Positions 41,681 through 51,265 of a stretch of DNA of 64,000 bases are shown here, piece by piece. Within the stretch, counting starts at the first letter, position 1; each line of letters opens with the position of its first letter. Made by a program: the position numbers and the translations under genes. The stretch is from an uncultured Planctomycetales bacterium (GTDB lineage: Bacteria > Omnitrophota > Gorgyraeia > Zapsychrales > Aceulaceae): positions 5,683 to 69,682 of the forward strand of contig CAZAOD010000001.1 of assembly GCA_964486675.1 (NCBI GenBank), in the 5' to 3' direction. The notes below the pieces were generated by a model. The model was not told where the DNA came from, did no database searches, and was given only the letters and a program-made list of their open reading frames with translations.

Positions 41681-42064
41681 ATGGCGATCAATATTGGAGA
41701 AATCATTAAGAACATTGAGAATAAATATCAGAAAGAATTGCCCCCGTTCAAGGTTGGCGACCAGGTGAAGATGTTTGTCAAGGTCGCGGAAGGCGACAAG
41801 GTACGCCTCCATCCTTTTGAGGGGACGGTCGTGCGCAAGACCGGACGCGGGCTTAGAGGTATTTTTACCATCCGTAAAGTTTCTTTCGGAGAAGGCGTCG
41901 AGCGAACCTTTCCTCTTTGCTCACCTGTCGTGGATAGCCTGAAAGTCGTTGCCAAGGGCGTTGCTAAACGAAGCCGCCTTTATTATTTAAGATCACGCAC
42001 CGGTAAGAGTGCCCGCATGGAAAAAGAAGATGTCGCTGTGACCGCTGCGCCATCATCTAGCTGA
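41681..42064 (+). CDS. rplS: 50S ribosomal protein L19
   Basis: 127 aa, FKVGD.V.V......EG.K.R.Q.FEG pattern; AAAAAGGAG ribosome-binding site. Confidence 0.9.
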   Translation: MAINIGEIIKNIENKYQKELPPFKVGDQVKMFVKVAEGDKVRLHPFEGTVVRKTGRGLRGIFTIRKVSFGEGVERTFPLCSPVVDSLKVVAKGVAKRSRLYYLRSRTGKSARMEKEDVAVTAAPSSS

Positions 42065-42075
42065 TCTTCCTCTGA

Positions 42076-42702
42076 ATGCTTTCCTTTGAGCGTCAAGCCA
42101 AGAAAAAAGGTTTTGAAGTAATTATTGGTATTGATGAAGCTGGCCGAGGTCCTCTCGCAGGGCCTGTGGTCGCTTCTGCTGTATGGCTTACACGCGATCG
42201 ATTTCCTTGTGTTATCAAAGATTCAAAGCAAATGACACCACAGCAACGTCAAAAGGCCTATCATGAGATCTTGGGCCATGCCCATGTTGGAATCGGCATG
42301 GTCGATGCTAAGACCATTGACCGGATCAATATCTTGCAAGCAACTTTTCAGGCGATGGCTAAAGCGGTTTGTGATCTTGTAGAAAAGATCCCTGAGAATA
42401 AGATGCGTTCTTTGGATTTTCAGAAGAAGGTTTTTCTTCTTGTCGATGGTAACCGCTTTGAAACATCCTTACCTTTTGCTTATCAAACGATCATCGCAGG
42501 GGATTCTCACAGCCTATCGATCGCGTGCGCGTCGATCGTTGCGAAGGTCACGCGGGATGTTATCATGGATCGCTACGATAAGATGTATCCGCAGTATGGA
42601 TTTCGAAAGCATAAAGGGTATCCTACGTTTGCGCACAGACAGCAGATCGAACGTCTGGGGTTTTGCGCGATCCATCGAAAAACATTTCATTGCGGGGTTT
42701 GA
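42076..42702 (+). CDS. rnhB: ribonuclease HII
   Basis: GIDEAGRGPLAGPVV active-site motif; 208 aa. Confidence 0.9.
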   Translation: MLSFERQAKKKGFEVIIGIDEAGRGPLAGPVVASAVWLTRDRFPCVIKDSKQMTPQQRQKAYHEILGHAHVGIGMVDAKTIDRINILQATFQAMAKAVCDLVEKIPENKMRSLDFQKKVFLLVDGNRFETSLPFAYQTIIAGDSHSLSIACASIVAKVTRDVIMDRYDKMYPQYGFRKHKGYPTFAHRQQIERLGFCAIHRKTFHCGV

Positions 42703-42704
42703 TC

Positions 42705-43082
42705 ATGAATACCCGGCAGGCAGGCGATTTAGGAGAAGACGCGGCAGCGCGTTTCTTGCAAAAGCAAGGATATCTGATCCTGGAGCGTAATTATCGCAAT
42801 CAGCTTGGGGAAATAGATATTATCGCACAAGACAAGGATGTGATCTGTTTTGTTGAGGTAAAAATGAGAAAAGGTAACGCGCAAGAATTCGCGTTGGAAG
42901 CTGTGACCAGATCAAAACAGCGAAAGATCTCCCAGGTGGCGCTTAGTTATCTAAAAAATAACAATAGGTTGGATTCTCATGCCCGGTTCGATGTTGTAAC
43001 AGTTGCAAGAGATGCGCAAGGGATCATGGATTTTGATCTGATCCAGGACGCTTTTGATCTCGCGCAACCCTATTTATATTAA
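42705..43082 (+). CDS. yraN: YraN-family (UPF0102) predicted endonuclease
   Basis: G..GE.AA..FL...GY.IL.RN.R...GEID.I. pattern; downstream of rnhB as is commonly seen. Confidence 0.75.
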   Translation: MNTRQAGDLGEDAAARFLQKQGYLILERNYRNQLGEIDIIAQDKDVICFVEVKMRKGNAQEFALEAVTRSKQRKISQVALSYLKNNNRLDSHARFDVVTVARDAQGIMDFDLIQDAFDLAQPYLY

Positions 43083-43106
43083 TATTTACAAAAAAATAGA
43101 AGTTGT

Positions 43107-43135
43107 TTGAAAATATTTTAAAATTAGGATATGAT
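43107..43135 (+). promoter_or_regulatory. sigma70-type promoter TTGAAA-17-TATGAT
   Basis: Located in the AT-rich 124-bp gap upstream of the cyclodeaminase-folD pair. Confidence 0.45.
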
Positions 43136-43206
43136 AGACACGCATTAAGAAAACATTTCTTTTTCGTTTCGCGTCAAAACATATCACATGATCTAACCAT
43201 CAAAAC

Positions 43207-43698
43207 ATGAAACCTTTTCGCCGTCAGACACTTACAATGTATTTGGATCGCCTTGCTTCACGTGATCCAATTCCGGGAGGTGGTTCTGCCGCAGCCTTGG
43301 TTGCAGCGACAGGGGTTGCTTTGATCGCTATGGTGGCGCGGTATTCTCTTAAACGACAACAGGCTAAGTTTATTGAGGTCAAGATAGATGGGATCGTGCG
43401 CAAGGCCGACAATATTCGCAAGCGTCTTTTGCTGTTGGTCGACTTAGATGCCAAGGTCTATCTTCAGGTCGTTAAGGCGCGCAAATTAGCCGCACGTGAT
43501 AAGCGTCAAGCTTTGAAGAATGCCCAAAAGGTACCGCTTGAGGTGTGTCGTCTATCCTACGCGGCGCTCCAGCTAATACCGTTTTTGGTACAGTATGGTA
43601 ATCCATATTTGTTAAGTGACGCGGAATGCGCATCTGAGATGTTATCGGCGGCTTTCCATGCGGCAACGGCGAACGTAAAAGCAAATCAGGTATCCTGA
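43207..43698 (+). CDS. FTCD_C-family cyclodeaminase/cyclohydrolase (FchA-like methenyl-THF cyclohydrolase or formimino-THF cyclodeaminase)
   Basis: PGGGSAAALVAATGVALIAMV signature and all-helical 163 aa; directly upstream of folD. Confidence 0.65.
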   Translation: MKPFRRQTLTMYLDRLASRDPIPGGGSAAALVAATGVALIAMVARYSLKRQQAKFIEVKIDGIVRKADNIRKRLLLLVDLDAKVYLQVVKARKLAARDKRQALKNAQKVPLEVCRLSYAALQLIPFLVQYGNPYLLSDAECASEMLSAAFHAATANVKANQVS

Positions 43699-43700
43699 TC

Positions 43701-44567
43701 ATGAGCGCTCAACTATTAGACGGTAAAGTCCTTGCTGGAAAGATCAAAGAAAAGCTTAAGACGCAGGTCGCTGAGATCTTAAGAGAAAAACGTCGAGTAC
43801 CGCGTGTCATTAATATTGCGGTTGGCGACCATCATGCAGCCTGTGCCTATGCTAATGCTCAGATCCGCGTTGCCGAAGAAATTGGTATTGATTATAAGCT
43901 TGATGTCTTGCCTAAGGATATCCCTCAAGGAAAGCTGATCGATCATGTCCGAAAACTCAATCTTGATCCTGAGGTTAACGGCATCATGGTGCATAAGCCT
44001 GTGCCTGCCCATATTGATCATCACGCGGTTGCCAACCAGATAGATGTTATCAAGGACCTTGAAGGCGTGAATGTTGTCAATATTGGGAAAATGATGCTGA
44101 GCAAGACCAGTATTATTCCTTGCACGCCAGCAGCTGTGATGGCGCATATTGATTCTACGGGTGTCCTTTTGAGAGGAAAAGAGGTGGTGATCATTGGTCA
44201 CAGCGAGATCGTTGGCAAGCCCTTGAGTCTTTTATTGTTGCAGCGTATGGCAACGGTAACTGTTTGTCATCTTGGGACAAGCGAAGCAGGGAAGCTTGTT
44301 GACCATGTATCGCGCGCGGATATTCTTGTTGTCGCTGTTGGGAAGCCTGAACTCATAAAGGGCCAGTGGATTAAAAAAGATGCGATCGTTATCGATGTGG
44401 GGATCAACCAGGTAGGGTCACGTATTGTAGGAGATGTTGAATTTTATGCGGCGCAACAAAAGGCTGCGTATTTAACGCCTGTTCCTGGAGGTGTCGGGCC
44501 AGTCACAGTTGTGATGCTGATGAAGAACGCTATTGAAGCCTTTTTTTCGCAGATGGAGCAAAGATAA
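43701..44567 (+). CDS. folD: bifunctional methylenetetrahydrofolate dehydrogenase / methenyl-THF cyclohydrolase
   Basis: LDGK.LA..I, PVPGGVGP.T and the VIIGHSEIVGKP NADP motif. Confidence 0.9.
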   Translation: MSAQLLDGKVLAGKIKEKLKTQVAEILREKRRVPRVINIAVGDHHAACAYANAQIRVAEEIGIDYKLDVLPKDIPQGKLIDHVRKLNLDPEVNGIMVHKPVPAHIDHHAVANQIDVIKDLEGVNVVNIGKMMLSKTSIIPCTPAAVMAHIDSTGVLLRGKEVVIIGHSEIVGKPLSLLLLQRMATVTVCHLGTSEAGKLVDHVSRADILVVAVGKPELIKGQWIKKDAIVIDVGINQVGSRIVGDVEFYAAQQKAAYLTPVPGGVGPVTVVMLMKNAIEAFFSQMEQR

Positions 44568-44571
44568 AATT

Positions 44572-45750
44572 ATGCATTATGTGGTTATCGGCAATTCTTC
44601 GTTTTCATTCGAGGTCGCGCAGGGGATACGTCATGCTGATCAGGCTAGCGAGATCTCGCTTTTTTGTCCTGAAGGGGTTTTACCGTATTATCGCCATGCT
44701 TTACCATCTTTGATCTTAGGGGCGGCGGATGATCAGATGATTTGCGCATCAAAAGATCTGTATGCGCAGCAGAACATTAGTCTTGTTATGGATAAAAAGA
44801 TCGTCCGCGTTCAGCCAAAGCGAAAGCGTCTTCTGACAGCAGATAAGGAGCAGATCCCATTTGACATTCTTATTATCGAAGAGACTGGGCCTTTTGTTTT
44901 GCCGGATTTTAAAGGCGTTCAAAAGCAAGGCGTATTCCATTTGAAGACATTTGAAGACACTAAGAAAATGGTTGACTGCGCGGGTTTGACGGATACTGCG
45001 ATCGTTGAGGTTCATAGTTTCCTTGGCCTTCAGGCTGCTTGTCACTTGCGCAAGATCGAGCAGGAGGTCATCGCTGTCGTTCCGGGTAATCATTTGTTTG
45101 CCGACCTTTTAGATAAGGATGTGGCGGATTATATTGTTGAGCAATGTCAGAAAAAAGGATTAAGATTTATTTTTAATAACGCCATTACGGAAGTTCTAGG
45201 AGACGCCGAAGCGAAAGCGATCCGCTTAAAAACAGGGAAAGTTCTGGAAAGCGAGATCGTTGTGTTCGGCCACGCCGATCGTCAGCAAAATTTATTCAAC
45301 ACAGAGGAGCTTTTTCATCAGGAAAACGATTATTATACGCAATACGAAGATGTGTATTGCGCTAAGGACTTGATGCACTTTCTTGATAAGACTGTCTGGG
45401 AAGAATCCTTTGTCAGCCGATACGCAACTTCTGAGCACGCGGCTTGTTTTGTCGCCGGTCTTATGAAGCAACCTCTGCTGACGATCCCTATTCCGGCTAT
45501 TCGTTCAGTTCAGGTGGATGATCTGTTGGTCAGTCTTTTGGGCTCCTGCAAGAAAGGCGACAATCGGGTTGCCTACTTGAAAGCTGATTATAAGGCGAAT
45601 CTTTACAAAAAGATATTCATCGAAGACAATGTGATCAAAGGGGCTGTGTTGATCAACGATCAGGTAGGTGAGGCCGCCGTGGCGAATCTCGTCAGGGAGG
45701 CTGTCACGATTAGCTCTATTCCCGGGTCCATTGTCGATTATCAGGGTTGA
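44572..45750 (+). CDS. pyridine-nucleotide-disulfide-oxidoreductase-like protein with degenerate dinucleotide-binding motifs (possible pseudo-enzyme)
   Basis: The NADH-oxidase/CoA-disulfide-reductase-like fold is recognisable. The first GxGxxG is replaced by VVIGNSSFSFE and the second by VHSFLGLQAA. Confidence 0.5.
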   Translation: MHYVVIGNSSFSFEVAQGIRHADQASEISLFCPEGVLPYYRHALPSLILGAADDQMICASKDLYAQQNISLVMDKKIVRVQPKRKRLLTADKEQIPFDILIIEETGPFVLPDFKGVQKQGVFHLKTFEDTKKMVDCAGLTDTAIVEVHSFLGLQAACHLRKIEQEVIAVVPGNHLFADLLDKDVADYIVEQCQKKGLRFIFNNAITEVLGDAEAKAIRLKTGKVLESEIVVFGHADRQQNLFNTEELFHQENDYYTQYEDVYCAKDLMHFLDKTVWEESFVSRYATSEHAACFVAGLMKQPLLTIPIPAIRSVQVDDLLVSLLGSCKKGDNRVAYLKADYKANLYKKIFIEDNVIKGAVLINDQVGEAAVANLVREAVTISSIPGSIVDYQG

Positions 45751-45824
45751 TACTTGATGCATTTAAGAAATTTCTTGTAAAACAGGGTGGCATGTATTAT
45801 TCTAATTTTAAGGAAAAATTCTTA

Positions 45825-46664
45825 ATGAAATTCTTTTCACGAATCCTTGTCCTGCTCCTTTTTTTCTGCCTTTTTCAAGCACCTGTTAGCGCTCAAACAA
45901 AGTCGCAAATTATTGAGGAATATCGAGCTAAGGGTGTTGACGCGCAGGAAAAGGGCCTTTATGATGACGCCTTGGCCTATTATCAAAAAGCGCTTAGCTT
46001 GGACCTTGAGCGGGCAGAAATTTATAATGATCTTGGTGTTCTTTGTGAGGTGATGGGAAATTTTTATGAAGCGCGAAATTATTATTTAGACGCTCTGCGC
46101 GTTGATAAGAATTATTTGTCGACATATTTTAATCTGGCTTTTTATTATAAGCGCCAGGGCGATCTTGCGAAGGCGGCCCAATATTTCAAGGAGCGCGTTG
46201 AGCGCAGCCACCCGGAAGATCCTTGGGTTCAGCGGTCTTTAGAGGAGCTGAAGGCGTTTATTCCGATCTTTCCAGATCTCAAGCGCTGGATACAAGAATA
46301 CGAGGCAAGCTTTTTGGCGTATCGCGCTTCTGTTCTGGACAAAAAATTAAAAGAACAGGAAGAGAAGTTTAACGCTGAAAACCTCAAGCAGTCTGATTTT
46401 TGTGTGCAGCAGGCAAAACTTTATGAAGAACAGCAGATGTATGAGCAGGCCTTGGCAGAATATGACAAGGCTTTGTCAAGAACCCCCGATAGCCCTCGGA
46501 TCATAGAATATCGGCGGCTTGCCGCAATGAAGCTCAAGGAACGCGACATGAAAAAACTGATGGACTCTGCACTTGAAAAGTTCCAGGCAGGGCAGACAGG
46601 TTCCTCGAAGGAAGATATTCGTCAAATACTTACCATAATTCCTGACGAAGAAATCAAAAGATAG
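45825..46664 (+). CDS. exported TPR-repeat protein
   Basis: Signal peptide (MKFFSRILVLLLFFCLFQAPVSA) and several 34-aa TPR-like repeats (AYYQKAL, ARNYYLDAL, AAQYFKE..). Confidence 0.6.
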   Translation: MKFFSRILVLLLFFCLFQAPVSAQTKSQIIEEYRAKGVDAQEKGLYDDALAYYQKALSLDLERAEIYNDLGVLCEVMGNFYEARNYYLDALRVDKNYLSTYFNLAFYYKRQGDLAKAAQYFKERVERSHPEDPWVQRSLEELKAFIPIFPDLKRWIQEYEASFLAYRASVLDKKLKEQEEKFNAENLKQSDFCVQQAKLYEEQQMYEQALAEYDKALSRTPDSPRIIEYRRLAAMKLKERDMKKLMDSALEKFQAGQTGSSKEDIRQILTIIPDEEIKR

Positions 46665-46701
46665 ATTTTAGTATTCACGATTCTTTCTGATCCCAAAAAA
46701 A

Positions 46702-49275
46702 ATGTCAAAATCCAGACTTGTTCTTATTGATGCGCATGCGTTATGCTATCGATCTTTTTTTGCGGTTCGCGATCTGCGGACGAGCCAGGGTCAGCCGACA
46801 AACGCGGTCTTTGGATTCGTCAACATATTGCGCAAGATTCTTCGGGACTGTCATCCTGATTACGTAGTCGCTTGTTTTGACGTAGGAAAGAAAACGCATC
46901 GTCAAGAGCGCTTTGCGCAATACAAGATCCATCGTCCATCCATGCCGGATGATCTGATCAGCCAGATCCCTTTGATCAAGGAACTTATTTTGGCGTACAA
47001 CATTCCAGTCTTTGAGCTGGAAGGTTTCGAGGCGGATGATGTGATCGCCACCATCACGCGTAAGGTTTCTGAAAAGGATATTGAAGTTTTGATCGTCAGC
47101 GGTGATAAGGATATGGCGCAGCTGGTCAATAAAACGGTAAAGATCTACGATTATCGTAGTGATGAGATCCTCGATGAGAAGAAGATCCTGGAAAAATATG
47201 GTTTTCAGCCACGACAAATGGTCGATTTTCTTGCATTGGCGGGTGACGCCACAGATAATATCCCTGGGGTCCATGGTATTGGCAAGGTTACAGCAACGGA
47301 TTTGGTCGTCGAGCATGGAAGCGTAGAAGATATCTACGCGCATTTATCTGCTATAAAGTCAGAAAAGATTCGGCAAAAACTTATAGAGCAAAAAGAAATA
47401 GCAATGCTTAGCAAGGATCTCGCGCTTTTAGACAGCCAGGTCCCGATCGATTTTGATCTTAAATCTGTTCGCTTGATTCCTGCGGATGAGGCGCGCCTTG
47501 TTCCGTTCTTTGAGAAATTAGAGTTTCGTAAGTTCGCGCAAGAGTTCGGCGGCAGTCAAGCGCAGGTTGCGTGTTCTGAATTTACGCTTACGACGCACAA
47601 GGAAATAACCGCGTTTATTAAAGAGGCCTTAAACGTCAAGCGATTTGGCCTGGTAATTGACGCTCAGGCACAGGAAGACGAAACAGGCGATGTTCGTATC
47701 GGACTTGTTCTTCAAGATGAGGCCATGTTTCATCTTCCGTTGAATAAGCTTGGACAGATACAAAAAGTGTTTGATGCCGAGGATGTTTTTCTGGTCTGCA
47801 ACGATCTTAAGGCGTGCCTTAAGGTCTTTAACGATCAAGGTATTTTCTTTCACAACAAAGTTTTTGATGTGATGCTGGCAGGATACTTGCTGGAGCCGTC
47901 GCAGGCCAACAAGGACATCTCGACCTTATGCTGGAAATATTTAAAGGTTACGGTGCCTCAGCAGGATGGATTTGCCATTGCAACATCGCAGTTGTTAAGA
48001 CTGCATGCGATTCTGGCGGATGAGCTAAAGACAAAAGAGCTAGAGAGCCTTTTTTGGGAAGTGGAAATGCCTTTGGCGAGGGTGCTGTTTGGCATGGAAA
48101 AGCAGGGTGTCGGACTTGATATCGCGTTTTTAAAAAATCTTTCCTTGCGTACGCATCAGCAGATCCAGGCGATCACAAAGAAGCTTTATCAGCTGGCGGG
48201 ACAGGAATTTAATCTTAATTCGCCTAAACAGCTTTCGCATATTCTTTTTGAAAAATTAGAACTTCCGGCCGTAAAAAAGACTAAGACGGGATATTCGACG
48301 GATGAAGATGTCTTAAAACGGTTAGCGTCAAGACATGAATTACCCCAGGAGATCTTGAGCTATCGCCAATTAACTAAGCTCACAACGACCTATATCGATG
48401 CTTTACCGAAAATGGTGGACGCTAAGACGCATCGGATCCATGCGGTCTTCGATCAGACAGGGACAGAAACCGGACGTTTAAGCTCGCGTAATCCTAATTT
48501 GCAGAATATTCCGATCCGGACCGAGCTTGGGCGTCAGATTCGTAAAGCCTTTATTGCAGGCGGCAAGGACCACGTATTGGTCTCAGCGGATTATTCTCAG
48601 ATCGAACTGCGGATCCTCGCGCATTTATCGCAGGATATGAACTTGATCGAAGCGTTCGCGCGCGGGGCAGATATCCACACGATGACAGCCGCTAATATTT
48701 TTAATGTTAGCGAGAAGAGCGTCACGCAGGATATGAGAGTCATCGCCAAGCGTATCAATTTTGGCATTGTCTACGGGATGAGCGCGTTTGGTCTTTCAAA
48801 AGATCTGAATGTCACACAGAAAGAAGCGCAGGATTTCATCGATAAATATTTTTTACAGTATCCCGGCGTCCCGCGCTTTATGCAGGAGCAGATCCGTAAA
48901 GCCGAAAAAGACGGCTTTGTGACAACGCTGCTTAATCGTCGGCGATATATCCCGGAGATCCATAGCGATAATATGGCGTTGCGACAATTTTCTCAGCGTC
49001 AGGCATTTAATACGCCTGTTCAGGGAACGGCGGCGGATCTGATCAAGGTAGGCATGATCCATGTGCAGAAAAAGTTAGACGAAGGGCAATTCAGATCAAA
49101 AATGACTATTACGGTCCACGATGAGCTTGTGTTTGACGTGCTCAAAAAAGAGCAAGATGACCTTGTTGATCTGGTCCGTCAGCAGATGGAAGGGCCTTTA
49201 AATCTTTTGGTGCCGATCCAGGTGAGTATCAAAATGGGAAACAATTGGCTTGAGATGCAGGAGGTTTTACGATGA
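46702..49275 (+). CDS. polA: DNA polymerase I
   Basis: 5'-3' exonuclease N-domain plus polymerase motifs A (DYSQIELRILAH), B (RR.AK..NFG..YG) and C (VHDE). Confidence 0.9.
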   Translation: MSKSRLVLIDAHALCYRSFFAVRDLRTSQGQPTNAVFGFVNILRKILRDCHPDYVVACFDVGKKTHRQERFAQYKIHRPSMPDDLISQIPLIKELILAYNIPVFELEGFEADDVIATITRKVSEKDIEVLIVSGDKDMAQLVNKTVKIYDYRSDEILDEKKILEKYGFQPRQMVDFLALAGDATDNIPGVHGIGKVTATDLVVEHGSVEDIYAHLSAIKSEKIRQKLIEQKEIAMLSKDLALLDSQVPIDFDLKSVRLIPADEARLVPFFEKLEFRKFAQEFGGSQAQVACSEFTLTTHKEITAFIKEALNVKRFGLVIDAQAQEDETGDVRIGLVLQDEAMFHLPLNKLGQIQKVFDAEDVFLVCNDLKACLKVFNDQGIFFHNKVFDVMLAGYLLEPSQANKDISTLCWKYLKVTVPQQDGFAIATSQLLRLHAILADELKTKELESLFWEVEMPLARVLFGMEKQGVGLDIAFLKNLSLRTHQQIQAITKKLYQLAGQEFNLNSPKQLSHILFEKLELPAVKKTKTGYSTDEDVLKRLASRHELPQEILSYRQLTKLTTTYIDALPKMVDAKTHRIHAVFDQTGTETGRLSSRNPNLQNIPIRTELGRQIRKAFIAGGKDHVLVSADYSQIELRILAHLSQDMNLIEAFARGADIHTMTAANIFNVSEKSVTQDMRVIAKRINFGIVYGMSAFGLSKDLNVTQKEAQDFIDKYFLQYPGVPRFMQEQIRKAEKDGFVTTLLNRRRYIPEIHSDNMALRQFSQRQAFNTPVQGTAADLIKVGMIHVQKKLDEGQFRSKMTITVHDELVFDVLKKEQDDLVDLVRQQMEGPLNLLVPIQVSIKMGNNWLEMQEVLR

Positions 49276-50675
49276 AGGTCGTTTTTTGCTGCTCGGAGAT
49301 GGCTCCTTTTGCCAAAACGGGAGGGCTTGCGGATGTTTGTGGTTCTTTACCTTTAGCGTTGATGAAGGAAGAAGTAGACGTTTGCGTTGTTATGCCTTTT
49401 TACCGTGAGGTCCAGCAAAGAAATATTCCTTTTAAGATGCTCGACCATGATGTTGCTGTGGCGAACTACCAGAACCTAGATGTCTTTTTTATTAAGAATG
49501 AGGTGTTTTTTAATCGCGATGGACTTTATGGCACGCCGCATGGTGATTATGGGGATAACTTGGAGCGTTTTACGTTCTTTAACAAGCGCGTCTTGCAATT
49601 GTTAAAGGATATCCGCCTTGCGCCGGATATTATTCATTGCCATGATTGGCAGACAGCCTTGATCCCTGCTTATTTAAAGTTTTATTATCAGGGAGATTCC
49701 TTGTTTGAGAAGACAAAAACATTTTTTACGATCCATAATTTAGCATATCAAGGTATTTTCCCTAGGGATAAGTTTTTTGTGCTAGGCTTGCCGCACGAAT
49801 TGAACTCGATCAACGGGGTGGAGTATTACGGCCAGCTCAGCCTTTTGAAAGCTGGGCTACTTTTTAGCGATTATATTACAACTGTAAGTCCGCAATACGC
49901 CAAAGAGATTCAGCACCGCGAATCCGGAAGAGGAATGGAAGGCGTCATCCGCTTTCGCTCAGACCGCCTTTTTGGTATCTTGAACGGGATCGATGCAGAA
50001 TACTGGAATCCAGAGAAAGATCCCCTGATCGTTCACCCTTACAGCATGAACGATATGAGCGGAAAGGCTAAAAATAAGGTCATCCTCCAGAAAGAAAGCG
50101 GTTTACCGGTGTGCGCGTATATTCCGGTCTTTGGTTTTGTCGGGCGTCTATCCGAGCAGAAAGGGATAGATGTGATCGCGCAGGGGATCGAAGAGATGAT
50201 GCAGTATCCTGTTCAGCTTATTTTTCAAGGGGTTGGGGAACGGCGCTTTGAGGATCTGCTGCGTAGTTTTCAGCAGCGTTTTCCAGAGAAGATCGCTGTC
50301 CATATTCAGTTTGATGAAACGATGGCACACCGTATTTACGCAGGAAGCGATTTACTGCTGATGCCATCAGTTTATGAGCCATGCGGCTTGAGCCAGCTGA
50401 TCGCGTTTCGCTATGGCACGATTCCCTTGGTTCATCACACCGGAGGGCTTGTGGACACAGTGATGCCCTTTAAGCTCACAAACAATCAGGGTGATGGATT
50501 TGTGTTCACTCGCTTTGATAAAGAGTCGCTGCTTAAGACTTTTGAAATAGCGGTCAAAGTCTTTGAGGATCGTGACCTCTTTCTGGATCTTTCAACACGT
50601 GTGATGCGTTATGATTTTTCGTGGATGACCTCCGCCGTCGAATATAGAAAACTTTACCAGACATGCATATCGTAG
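49272..50675 (+). CDS. glgA: glycogen (starch) synthase, GT5
   Basis: MKVVF..SE..PFAKTGGLADV N-terminal KTGGL motif; 467 aa. Confidence 0.85.
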   Translation: MKVVFCCSEMAPFAKTGGLADVCGSLPLALMKEEVDVCVVMPFYREVQQRNIPFKMLDHDVAVANYQNLDVFFIKNEVFFNRDGLYGTPHGDYGDNLERFTFFNKRVLQLLKDIRLAPDIIHCHDWQTALIPAYLKFYYQGDSLFEKTKTFFTIHNLAYQGIFPRDKFFVLGLPHELNSINGVEYYGQLSLLKAGLLFSDYITTVSPQYAKEIQHRESGRGMEGVIRFRSDRLFGILNGIDAEYWNPEKDPLIVHPYSMNDMSGKAKNKVILQKESGLPVCAYIPVFGFVGRLSEQKGIDVIAQGIEEMMQYPVQLIFQGVGERRFEDLLRSFQQRFPEKIAVHIQFDETMAHRIYAGSDLLLMPSVYEPCGLSQLIAFRYGTIPLVHHTGGLVDTVMPFKLTNNQGDGFVFTRFDKESLLKTFEIAVKVFEDRDLFLDLSTRVMRYDFSWMTSAVEYRKLYQTCIS

Positions 50676-51265
50676 GGATCACCGGAAGTTTTGGTTCAGG
50701 GAAAACCACTGTCGCACGTATGTTGCGCGAGAGGGGAGCGAAGGTTTTTGACGCCGACAAAGCTGTTCACGCGCTTTTTCTGCCCAAGCATCCATGTTTT
50801 AAGAAGATAGCGTCTTCTTTTGGCCGAGAGATCCTGACGCGTGGCCGCATTGATCGCCGCAAGCTTGCGAAGATCGTTTTCAGAAACCCGCAAGCCTTAA
50901 GAAAGCTTTGCCGTATCACGCATCCATTGATCATCCAGCAGATAAAAAAGGAGGTTGGCCGGCACCGCGGTATGCGAACGCCGGGCTTATTTGTTCTTGA
51001 TGTCCCTTTATTGTTTGAAGCAAGATTGGAAGGATTGTGCGATTGCGTTGTTGTTGTCCGATCGACCATTCGCGCGCAGATCACGCGTTTACAAAAAAGG
51101 AACCATTTTTCTCAATCAGAAATCCTGCGACGTATTAACGCGCAAATGCCTATAGCCCTTAAGGCTGCTAAGGCGGATTTCGTTATTCATAACCAAGGAA
51201 GCATTCAGAAAACAAAAAAACAAGTAGAGGAATTATGCCGAAAACTAAAGAAAAAGAAATTGTAA
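50663..51265 (+). CDS. coaE: dephospho-CoA kinase
   Basis: [14 protein letters not shown]-loop; 200 aa. Confidence 0.85.
   Translation: MHIVGITGSFGSGKTTVARMLRERGAKVFDADKAVHALFLPKHPCFKKIASSFGREILTRGRIDRRKLAKIVFRNPQALRKLCRITHPLIIQQIKKEVGRHRGMRTPGLFVLDVPLLFEARLEGLCDCVVVVRSTIRAQITRLQKRNHFSQSEILRRINAQMPIALKAAKADFVIHNQGSIQKTKKQVEELCRKLKKKKL

Noticed and set aside
46741-47343. 200-aa ORF on the minus strand inside polA
   Set aside because: It is antisense to the well-supported polA 5'-3' exonuclease domain.
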